Of a DNA stretch of 64,000 nucleotides, positions 1 through 9,900 are shown piece after piece. The notes under the pieces were generated by a model. It made no database searches, was not told where the DNA came from, and worked only from the letters and a program-made list of their open reading frames with translations. Both the position numbers and the translations under genes were made by a program. Positions within the stretch are counted from its first letter, which is position 1; every line of letters starts with the position of its first letter. Origin of the DNA: a virus; IMG/VR virus record IMGVR_UViG_3300020420_000008, positions 64,001 to 128,000 of that record, one strand, 5' to 3'.

Positions 1-171
1 GTGAATTATCATGATAGTTTGTTAAATCTTTTTGAAACTTACATAAGAGAGAGTGAAAAGTTTGAAAACGGAAATAAATCTGCTGGTACAAGAGCAAGAA
101 AAGCTTTGGCAGAAATATCTAAAATCTGTACTGTAAGAAGAAAAGAGATACAAGAGAAGAAGAATGCCTGA
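1..171 (+). CDS. Histone H1-like (Hc1 family) small basic protein, 56 aa; may start upstream of the window
   Basis: Not in the ORF track. Frame 1 from GTG at 1 reads VNYHDSLLNLFETYIRESEKFENGNKSAGTRARKALAEISKICTVRRKEIQEKKNA*. GNKSAGTRARK matches the Hc1 signature as I recall it. The stop overlaps the gp25 ATG. Confidence 0.7.
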   Translation: MNYHDSLLNLFETYIRESEKFENGNKSAGTRARKALAEISKICTVRRKEIQEKKNA

Positions 172-559
172 AACCAGTCAAGTCATATACAGCGATTTCG
201 ATAATCAGTTTATCACAAATCCTATCACAAAGTCTTTAAATAAAAAGACTAATAGAGATGCAGTTAAACAAGCTGTAAAGAACTTGATATTGACTGATTT
301 TGGAGAACGTCCTTTCAATGCAGGTATTGGTTGTAGTATTAGAGGATATCTATTCGAACCTTTCACTGCGTATCTACAAGATCAAATAAAAGAAGCCGTC
401 TTTACTACAATACGCAACTATGAACCAAGAGCCAATATTATCGATTGCTTAGTAGAAGATAGAATAGATTTAAATGCTATATCAATAACAGTTGCATTCG
501 AAATTGTAAATGATCCTCAAGCAATTGTTCTAGATGTAATTTTAGAAAGAGTACGATAA
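164..559 (+). CDS. gp25: Baseplate wedge subunit, gp25-like
   Basis: YSDFD...AVKQAVKNLILTDFGERPF...IRNYEPR motifs; 131 aa; directly upstream of gp6. Confidence 0.93.
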   Translation: MPETSQVIYSDFDNQFITNPITKSLNKKTNRDAVKQAVKNLILTDFGERPFNAGIGCSIRGYLFEPFTAYLQDQIKEAVFTTIRNYEPRANIIDCLVEDRIDLNAISITVAFEIVNDPQAIVLDVILERVR

Positions 560-560
560 C

Positions 561-2324
561 ATGTCTGCTAACACATATTTAAATATAACCGAAGTTGATT
601 TTGCTGATATCAAATCTAATTTAAAAACATATTTACAATCTCAAACACAGTTTAACGACTATGATTTTGACGGTAGTAATATGTCCGTTTTGTTAGATGT
701 ATTATCATACAACACACACTACAATGCATTTTATACCAATATGCTTGCAAATGAAATGTTTCTTGATACAGCACAACAGCGTGACAGCGTGGTATCTAGA
801 GCAAAAGAACTAGGTTATATCACACGTTCTGCAAGAGGCGCAAGTGCAAATGTCACAATCACTTTTACAGGCGTATCAAACGCAATATCAGAATTTGCAC
901 TACCAAAGAATACAACATTTACAACAAGCATAAACAATAGAACATTTACATTCGTTACACCTGAAACAAACATAATAAAAAATATATCAAATACATTTTC
1001 AAAAGCAATAACGATAACAGAAGGAACACCAGTCACACAAGAGTTTACAGTAAGTGATGCATCGCCTGTTAAGTATGTTATACCGAATGAGAATGTTGAT
1101 ACACGAAGTATTCGGGTGGCAGTTAAAGAGTCTTCAACCTCTTCTGCAAATACTATTTACACACAAGCAACAAACATACGTGATGTGAATAACCAATCGG
1201 CTGTTTACTACTTACAAGAGACACATGATAAACAATATGAAATATTATTTGGCACTGGTTCTCTAGGAAAACCTGTAGTGAATGGAAACATAATACAAGT
1301 AGAATATAGGGTATGTCATGGTATACAGACAAACGGCGCTAATACTTTCTCTATTGATAATTTATCAGTTACTCCTAGTTACACAAGCACTAATCTCGCA
1401 GTAAATTCAGTAGCGAGAGGAGGAGTAGAAATAGAAAGTGTTGATAGTATAAAGTTTAACGCACCAAGAAATTACAAGATTCAAAATCGTGCAGTTGTTG
1501 CAAAAGACTTTGAAAGAATAATATTAAATGAGAACACTAATTTATCATCAGTCGTAGCATTTGGTGGTGAAGAAGCAGAACCTGCCGTTCATGGTAAAGT
1601 TTACATTGCTATAAAACCTCAAGGTGAGTTAATACCTACAGCAACACTAAAAGATGAGATAAAGAACTCTATTAAAACTAGAACAATGTTAGGTATTGAT
1701 CCTCTAATTATAGATCCAACATATCTATATGTGATACCCACTATCACAACTTACTACGACACACTCAAAGCAAATATAGGTACTTCAGCAATACAAACAC
1801 TTGTACGTGATTCTATATCTAATTATTCAACAAATAGTTTAGAACAGTTTGGTAAAAAACTACGATACTCTAGATTTGTACGTAATTTAGATAATACAAA
1901 TGACGCAGTATTGAATAATGAAGCTGAGTTTCAGATGCAAAAAAGATTTGTACCTAGTAGAACAACAGCAACGCTTGTAGACTTGGAGTTTCATAATACT
2001 ATTGAGAAAAACTCGGTAACATCTACGACATTTACTTTTAATGATTTTATCGCACAGTTAGATGATGACGGTTTAGGTAATATTAGAATTTTTAGATTCA
2101 ATGATCAGAAAGAACAAGTGTTTATCGATGCTACAGCTGGTACAATAAATTACATAACAGGTAAAATATCATTGAATAAATTTGTTGTGTCAGCTTTTGA
2201 TGGTATAGAAGTAAAAGTAAATGCTAGTCCTGTAAATAAAGATATCGTGCCTCTAAGAGAACAGATTATAATTATATCTTCCGCCGATGCAGTTATTAAT
2301 ACACAAGCAGAGGTTACTAATTAA
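561..2324 (+). CDS. gp6: Baseplate wedge subunit gp6
   Basis: DFADIKSNLK...FNDYDFDGSNMSVLLDVLSYNTHYNAFY...NEMFLDTA; QNRAVVAKDF; GKVYIAIKP. Confidence 0.95.
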   Translation: MSANTYLNITEVDFADIKSNLKTYLQSQTQFNDYDFDGSNMSVLLDVLSYNTHYNAFYTNMLANEMFLDTAQQRDSVVSRAKELGYITRSARGASANVTITFTGVSNAISEFALPKNTTFTTSINNRTFTFVTPETNIIKNISNTFSKAITITEGTPVTQEFTVSDASPVKYVIPNENVDTRSIRVAVKESSTSSANTIYTQATNIRDVNNQSAVYYLQETHDKQYEILFGTGSLGKPVVNGNIIQVEYRVCHGIQTNGANTFSIDNLSVTPSYTSTNLAVNSVARGGVEIESVDSIKFNAPRNYKIQNRAVVAKDFERIILNENTNLSSVVAFGGEEAEPAVHGKVYIAIKPQGELIPTATLKDEIKNSIKTRTMLGIDPLIIDPTYLYVIPTITTYYDTLKANIGTSAIQTLVRDSISNYSTNSLEQFGKKLRYSRFVRNLDNTNDAVLNNEAEFQMQKRFVPSRTTATLVDLEFHNTIEKNSVTSTTFTFNDFIAQLDDDGLGNIRIFRFNDQKEQVFIDATAGTINYITGKISLNKFVVSAFDGIEVKVNASPVNKDIVPLREQIIIISSADAVINTQAEVTN

Positions 2325-5143
2325 TGGCACTTGATGCAAAACTATCAACATTAGTAGAAAATCAGTTTCCTGCTTTTTATAAAGAAGAAGGTCCTAAATT
2401 TCTTGCTTTCATTAAAGCTTATTACCAGTACTTAGAAACAACTGGTAAACAACAAGATATTCAGAGAAACTTAAAAAACTACAAAGATATTGATACTACA
2501 TTAGACGAGTATATACAATACTTTCGTTCAGAGTTGATGCCTGAAATACCTGATGACGCTCTTGCGGATAAGAGATTGCTTGCCAAACGTATTAAAGACT
2601 TATATACAACAAAAGGTACAATCGATTCGTATAAGTTATTATTTAAAATACTTTATGATGAAGATGTTGAAATAAATTTTCCTGCGGATCAAATGCTTAA
2701 AGTATCTGATGGTGATTTTAGAATTGACAGATACTTGGTTACTCATCATGATCCTAGAGCGTATACTCTCATAGGAAAAACAATAAAAGGAACTGATAGT
2801 CAAGCTGAAGGCTTAGTAGAAGACGTAAAAAGACTTGTAGCTAAAAACAGAGATGTTGATCAAATTCTTTTGTCGAATGTAAAAGGTTCTTTTAATCATT
2901 TAGAAGCAATACAATTAAAAGGTGTACCAAATAGTTATGCACCAATTGTTGAGTGTGGTATACGTAGAGTTACAGTTGCAACAGGTGGTGGTGAATATAG
3001 AAAAGGTGATATCGTAGATATTATATCTTCTAAAACAGGTGCATTTGCCAAAGCAGTTGTAACAGATACTACAAATTTACAAAGTAAAGTTAACTTCAAT
3101 CTCATAGATGGTGGTTCAGGTTACGTAACAAGTGAAGAAGATCAAGGCACAATATTAGAGTATGTTGGTGGAGATGGAACAGCACCTGCCAGTTTTAAAA
3201 TATTTGCTGGTGATTTGACTGATACTTTTGCACTTAGTTTATGTGTAAATAAATTTGCTTCAAACACTATTTTTGGTTCTACTGCACCTAGAGTCAACTA
3301 CAGAGATGGTAGTTTCGGCATTATGGATTCACATGCAAATACTTTGTTATCTAGTCCTGATTTTGGGTTTAGAGAATCTAATGAAACTTTGACAGAAGGA
3401 ACAAATTTTAGAACAAACGCAAATGCTGTTTTAATTATAGCCAACACTTCTGATCCAGGTGTTGTAGTTGGTGATAGTTTATTTGGAGTAACTTCTTCAG
3501 CAAACGCAATAGTAAAAGCTATACGAAGAACATATGACACAACATTAGATAATGTTATTCTTGCAGTTGATACTTACAAAAATTTTCAAGCCAATGAAAA
3601 GGTTAATAAAGGAACAGATGAGGGTACTACAATAGGTACTGTCAAAGCAACAGGCGGTTTCTTTGCAAATACAATAGGTTATCATGTTATTCAAGTAGCA
3701 AACACTGATGGTGGTGGAGGAGTAACACAAGGCGATGAACTTGTAGGAATTAAATCAGGTGCTTTCGGTGTTGTTAAAAAAGTATTAGACATTACAGCTA
3801 GTAATCAATATGATCATGATGGTGATAGTACTCCTGATAGAAAAATTATTACTATGCAAGTAACATCAAATACTACATCAAACACAACAAGTCAATTCGA
3901 TGCTGGAGCCATGAAAGCATTTATAGAAAAAGAAGGTATTAGAAAAGTTGATAGTTCAGTTATCGTAGGAAACAATGTGAGTCAATCTGCTAATACATTA
4001 ATAGAAAATATTCATACTAAATTATCTGATTCGTTGTTATTTGTCAACAATACAGTTGGTACAATTGCTAGATTATCTAATAGATTAGGTGGACAGAACT
4101 TTACAGTGGCACCTAAAGTTGTAGTAGAGCATAGGAATGTTGCCGCCTTAGGTATCGGCGAAGCTTATCTTACTGTTCAATATGACGATATAAATTTTGC
4201 TACAGGCAATTCAAATATAACAGCACTTGATACTAATGACAGATTAGAACAAGCAACAACTGGTGCTAAAGGTAATATTATGAATGTTGGACAAACAATT
4301 CAACATGCCAATACAACTTATCAAACTGTTCTTAGATTATGGCAAGATGATTTGCAAAGAGAACCTGGAAATATTAATTGGGCTAATGATGCTATTGTAA
4401 CTACAAAACATTTTGATGATGCAAGTCGAAGCTCAGTAAAAGGAACAGGAACAATTAAAATAGTAGGCGTACAAGATGAAGGTGTATTAGGTGAAAACGC
4501 AAATATCACAGCCGATGTTGGTGCAAATGGCTCTATAAAAACTGCTAGAGTTATAGACTCTGGTTTCTCATACAAACCAAAAGAAACAATACTTTTTTCT
4601 TCTTCAGGTAGAACAAATGCCATTCAAGCAACAGGCACAATTACTATAGATGGTATAGCAAACGCTGAAGGTTATTATGCGTCTACAAGAGGACACGTAT
4701 CATCATCTAGAGGTTTTATACAAGATAGTAATTTTTACCAAGAGTTTTCATATGAAATTGCCGCCTCTATAGCACTAACAAGATATAGAGATGTTGCTTT
4801 GAGATTGATACATCCAGCTGGACAAAAGTTTTTCGGAAAATTTAAAGTTTCGACAAACGCTATGAGTCAATCAGTATCTACAAGTTTAATAAGAACAAGA
4901 AAAGTTGCAACAGGCACAATAGCCATCAATAACAATGCAAATACGATAACAGGAACTGGTACACAATTAACAACAGAATTTGCAAACGGACAATCAATAA
5001 TAATAGGTCCAATTAGCAATGTCTTTTATCAAGCACGACTAAATATAGTCAACAGTGCAACTAGTGCCAATCTCGCTGTGAATTGGACACATGGTAATAT
5101 AACAGGAGCAAATGCTCATTATTTTTCAGGAACGGTATCATAA
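2324..5143 (+). CDS. gp7: Baseplate wedge initiator, gp7-like
   Basis: N-term QFPAFYKEE..FIKAYYQYLE..IKDLYTTKGTIDSYKLLFKILY; C-term IQDSNFYQEFSYEI..HPAG; sits between gp6 and gp8; TAATG coupling. Confidence 0.8.
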   Translation: MALDAKLSTLVENQFPAFYKEEGPKFLAFIKAYYQYLETTGKQQDIQRNLKNYKDIDTTLDEYIQYFRSELMPEIPDDALADKRLLAKRIKDLYTTKGTIDSYKLLFKILYDEDVEINFPADQMLKVSDGDFRIDRYLVTHHDPRAYTLIGKTIKGTDSQAEGLVEDVKRLVAKNRDVDQILLSNVKGSFNHLEAIQLKGVPNSYAPIVECGIRRVTVATGGGEYRKGDIVDIISSKTGAFAKAVVTDTTNLQSKVNFNLIDGGSGYVTSEEDQGTILEYVGGDGTAPASFKIFAGDLTDTFALSLCVNKFASNTIFGSTAPRVNYRDGSFGIMDSHANTLLSSPDFGFRESNETLTEGTNFRTNANAVLIIANTSDPGVVVGDSLFGVTSSANAIVKAIRRTYDTTLDNVILAVDTYKNFQANEKVNKGTDEGTTIGTVKATGGFFANTIGYHVIQVANTDGGGGVTQGDELVGIKSGAFGVVKKVLDITASNQYDHDGDSTPDRKIITMQVTSNTTSNTTSQFDAGAMKAFIEKEGIRKVDSSVIVGNNVSQSANTLIENIHTKLSDSLLFVNNTVGTIARLSNRLGGQNFTVAPKVVVEHRNVAALGIGEAYLTVQYDDINFATGNSNITALDTNDRLEQATTGAKGNIMNVGQTIQHANTTYQTVLRLWQDDLQREPGNINWANDAIVTTKHFDDASRSSVKGTGTIKIVGVQDEGVLGENANITADVGANGSIKTARVIDSGFSYKPKETILFSSSGRTNAIQATGTITIDGIANAEGYYASTRGHVSSSRGFIQDSNFYQEFSYEIAASIALTRYRDVALRLIHPAGQKFFGKFKVSTNAMSQSVSTSLIRTRKVATGTIAINNNANTITGTGTQLTTEFANGQSIIIGPISNVFYQARLNIVNSATSANLAVNWTHGNITGANAHYFSGTVS

Positions 5144-6903
5144 TGACTTCTTATGCTAGTAAAGAAATGAACATCATGGGTGCAAAAGCTTTTGTAGACT
5201 CTGTAAATGAGTCAGACGGAAGAAGCACAAAAAATTCTACAATACTTTATGCTGTTCTAGGTAAAAGTACACATTGGCCCAACGAGCCCAATGCACCTAC
5301 AGCTACAGAGACAATAAAAGATAAACATTACACTATCTGGAAAGATGCCATAGGAGCTAAGAAAATAAACCCGTCAGATGTAAGTCATGTTGTTCCTAGA
5401 CATGATTGGGCTACAGGTAGAGTTTATCCTATGTACAAGCACACAAATACTAACTTATACTTATCCGACTTCTACATATTAACAGATCAAAATAATGTGT
5501 ATAAATGTTTGTATAATAATAAAGGTGGGCAGTCAACTGTGAAGCCAGCTGGTTTCTCAACAACACCTTTTACTACATCAGATGGTTATACTTGGAAGTA
5601 TATGTACACTATCAGTTTAGGACTAGCAAGTAAATTCTTGACAGCATCACATATGCCAGTTCAAACTCTCTCAGAGAGTGATGGTAGTGCAGAGCAAACT
5701 AATCAACTTGCAGTTCAAAATGCATCAGTAAACGGCGCCATTCAGATTATAGAAACAAATGATGTAGGTTCAGGTTATGGTATGTTAAATAGTACCGCTG
5801 TTATAGGTGCTACATCAACTACGGTTCAGTTAGCACAAGGTAATCCTTCTTCAGTAGATAATCATTATAACGGCGACTCAGTTTATATTCAGTCAGGCAC
5901 TGGACTAGGACAACTTAGAAGAATTGTAAATTATGATGGTTCTACAAGGACTCTTACGACAAATACAGGCTTTACAACAACACCTGATACAACTTCTACT
6001 GTAATTGTTTCACCAACAGTAAATATAATAGGCGATGGTGTAGGTGCTTTAGCTTATTCACTAGTAAATACAAATGGTAATATATCGAATGTAAATGTAA
6101 TAGCAACTGGTTCTAAGTATACACATGCCAAAGCTTTTATTACATCAAATACAGTTACAGGAACTGGAGCAACTGCCAATGTAATCATATCACCCATAGG
6201 TGGACATGGTAAAGATGCAATAAGAGAATTAGGTGGTAATAAAATCTGTCTAAATGCACAATTTAAAGGTAGTCAAGGTGTTTCAGCAACAGGTAAAGGA
6301 TTTGTTCCTGCGAATACAGAATTTAGAACAGTAAGCATTCTCAAAGATCCTATTCTTAAAGTTGATTCTAATAACGCTATTATGACAGAAGCAATAGCAA
6401 ATACATCTAATAGTGCAGACACATTAAGATTAACAACAAGATTAAATATTTCATATCAACAATTAATAAATACTATACCACAGAATCAGTTTCAGATAGA
6501 TGATGAGATAACAAATGAGAGAATGAGATTGAATGCTGAAAATGGTACTATTGGATTCATTACTGAACTAAATGCGTCAGCAAGAGAAAATGCTTCTGTA
6601 GCACAAGCATCAAATGGTGCAAACGGAACAATAGTTTTTATTAAAGATGATGAGTTATTAAGCGATACATCATTCTTTAATATCTATCTAAATAATGTAG
6701 ATAGTTATGGTAATCATGTCGCTTTTACGAAAAACGACATTTTGTTAAAAAGAGGAAGTTCTACAAAAGTTGCAACTGTATCAGATATATCAGGTCCAGA
6801 GGCAAATACATATTCAGGTGAATTTATACATGTAGAAAACTTTCAGAAAGTTGATAGAGCAGTAGATCAAACTGAAGATATAAAAGTTATACTAGATTTT
6901 TAA
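5143..6903 (+). CDS. gp8: Baseplate wedge subunit gp8 (extended)
   Basis: VVPRHDW..FYILTDQNNVYKCLYN..DGYTWKYMYTI; C-term YSGEFIHVEN..R..DQTEDIKVILDF. Confidence 0.9.
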   Translation: MTSYASKEMNIMGAKAFVDSVNESDGRSTKNSTILYAVLGKSTHWPNEPNAPTATETIKDKHYTIWKDAIGAKKINPSDVSHVVPRHDWATGRVYPMYKHTNTNLYLSDFYILTDQNNVYKCLYNNKGGQSTVKPAGFSTTPFTTSDGYTWKYMYTISLGLASKFLTASHMPVQTLSESDGSAEQTNQLAVQNASVNGAIQIIETNDVGSGYGMLNSTAVIGATSTTVQLAQGNPSSVDNHYNGDSVYIQSGTGLGQLRRIVNYDGSTRTLTTNTGFTTTPDTTSTVIVSPTVNIIGDGVGALAYSLVNTNGNISNVNVIATGSKYTHAKAFITSNTVTGTGATANVIISPIGGHGKDAIRELGGNKICLNAQFKGSQGVSATGKGFVPANTEFRTVSILKDPILKVDSNNAIMTEAIANTSNSADTLRLTTRLNISYQQLINTIPQNQFQIDDEITNERMRLNAENGTIGFITELNASARENASVAQASNGANGTIVFIKDDELLSDTSFFNIYLNNVDSYGNHVAFTKNDILLKRGSSTKVATVSDISGPEANTYSGEFIHVENFQKVDRAVDQTEDIKVILDF

Positions 6904-6914
6904 AGGTAAAGTAG

Positions 6915-9900
6915 ATGGCACTCGAAACAAATTTAAACCAAAGTCCTTACTATGACGATTTTGATGAAACAAAAAACTACAACAGAATTTTGTTTCGTCC
7001 TGGTTTTGCTGTACAAGCTAGAGAATTAACTCAGCTACAGACAATACTACAAAATCAAATAGAAAGATTTGGTAACGAAATACTAGTAGACGGTACAATT
7101 GTTACAGGTTCTGCTCTAAAAATAGAAGATATAGACTTTGTAAAACTCAGAGATAAAGACGCTAATAACAGAGTTATTCTACTAACAGACTTTTTCTCAG
7201 GTGGTGTCGTAGCAAATGCAACAATCACCGGTACTACTTCAGGTATGACAGCACAACTAATAGATGTTGCTGATGGTTCTGAGGCGGCTAATCCAGACAA
7301 CATGACACTCTTTGTCAAATACACGAACTCAGGTACAAATAACACAACAAAAGCTTTTGTTGACAATGAAGTTCTTACTTTAAGAACTAGAACAGGAGCA
7401 AGTTTCATAGTTGCCGCCAATACGGGAAGTTCTAGTTCTACAGGTTTAGGTACAAGAGCATCGGTATCAGACGGTATTATTTTTCATAAAGGGCATTTTG
7501 TAAGAGTTGGCGCTCAAAGTCATATAGTAGATAAGTATAGCACATCGCCATCAAAGAAGGTGGGCTTTCAAACAGTAGAGACATTAGTTAACTCAAACAT
7601 TGATAGTAGCTTGGCAGACAATGCATCAGGTTCTACTAACTTCGCCGCCCCTGGAGCAGACAGATTAAAAATGTTACCTACTCTTGCATCAAGAGTTACG
7701 GGTGCCGCCAATACTGCTACTTTCTTTACAATAGCTGAATTGAAAGATGGTGTACTAATTCGAAACAACAAAGACACAATGTACTCAGACATTGGTAAAC
7801 ATGTCGCTATGAAGTTTCACGAAACATTAGGTAACTATGCAACAGAACCTTTTACAATTCGTGTTCGTGAACATCTAAAATCTAGTGAGAACTTAGGTAG
7901 ATATAATTCAGATGAAGGCGGAGATGCAAATAAACTTATAGCTGAAGTTGACAAAGGTATTGGTTATGTAAACGGACAAAAAGTTCAATTAATAAATCCT
8001 ACACCTTTAGAAATAGATAAAGCAACAGACTTCACTACAAGAGATGCAAGAGTTTTAACACAAACTTTTGGAAACTATGTCTTTATTAAAGAAGTTGCTG
8101 GTACATGGGACTTTCAAGGACTTAGAGAAGTCTCATTACGTAGTGCCGCCGGTACAGCAATAAGTAGTAAAACTTTTGGCGATACTACAGCTCCAGGTTC
8201 TGAAATAGGTACAGCTAAAGTAAGAGGCTTTTCATATCACTCAGGCATAGCAGGAACTGCCGATGGACAATTTAAATTATATCTATTTGATATAAGAATG
8301 AATAGCACTAAGAACTTTGCAGATGTACGTTCAATATTTGAAGCAGAGTCAACACACAACTCAATAGCAGATATTGTTCTTACCGGAAGTAATGCTGTTC
8401 TGCAAGAGCCAAGTAATAACCTATTAGTATTACCATTCTCAGCATTAGGTACAAAAACTTTAAAAGATTCGTCTAATAATGTTGATACTCAGTTTGTTTT
8501 TAGAACCGAAAAGACAGTTACATTTACACCTTCTGGTGCATCATTGAGTGCTACAGTTACAGCAAACTCAGCACATGCAGGTGGTGTAGAAACTCTCAAT
8601 GAAACAGGTAGTCCTTTATCAGCAGGTAATGAGAGAAAAGTTATTGTGGTATCTAAAGCACAAACTTTGACAGTTCCTAGAAGTGGGCATATCGCATCAT
8701 TTGGAACTAAAACAATAACAGGTGCTGGTGGTAGTAAATTCAACGAAGACTATCAAGCAGGTGATATTATAAGATTGACAGATAGTACAAATCCTTTTAC
8801 AGGTAGTGCAGGAACAGAAGATCATATTATAGCAAGTATCAATAGTGCTACAAGTATCACAACTAAAGATACAATATCAGCAACAAGAAGTGGACTAGGA
8901 ACTAGTGATGCTGTATCGCATCGACAAGTATTTCCAAAAGGTTATGTTTTCGATACTTCCGCCAATGGTATCATACAGTCTTCATCAACTCAACACAACA
9001 TAAATTTACAACAAGCTAATGTTGTAAGCAGTTTTTCTGCTTCTGTATATTTTAATGTTCTACGCTCAAGTGCCGTGCCTACTGCAAAAACAATTAAAAA
9101 GAGTAGATATATAAACATCAATACCCAATCTCATTCAGCAGGCGCAAATGGTCCGTGGAGTTTAGGTGTTGCAGATGTTTTTAAAATAGAAGCAGTATAT
9201 CTTGGAGCAGATACATCATCAGTTACCACAAGTGATCAAAATGTAACAAGTCACTTTGATCTTGACACAGGACAAAAAGATGATATGTATGATATAGGAA
9301 AACTTGTGAAGAAATCTACAAGTTCTCTCAATATAACAAACAAAGCTATACTTGTCAAGTTCTCATTTTTCGAAAGAAATACTTCTCAAGGTATAGGTTT
9401 CTTATCAGTAGATTCATATCCAGTAGATGACTCAACAGAAAGTGCAACAACTATTAAGACATTTGAAATACCAAAATACAAATCAGTTACAACGGGTAAG
9501 ACATATGAATTGCGTGACTCTGTAGATTTTCGTCCTATGAAAGCCAATACTTGTGATCCTACTACAACAGCTACGATTGCAGGTTCACCAACAAATCCAG
9601 GAGCAGAAAAGTCAGCACCTAATACATTTACTATAGATTCAGATGGTGCATATAATGTTGCGCCTGACGAAAACTTTCAAGCAGATATTCAACAATATCT
9701 ACCTAGAAAAGACAGAATTGTAATTACAGAAGAAGGTAAACTAGAAGCTATCAAAGGTATACCTGCCGAAACACCAAAAGTACCTGAAGAAAAAGCAAAC
9801 GCTATGACATTAGGTGTTTTAAATGTACCTGTATATCCATCTCTATCATCAAAAGTTGCTAGAGATAATGATAAAGGTGACTATGGTGTAAAACTTACGT

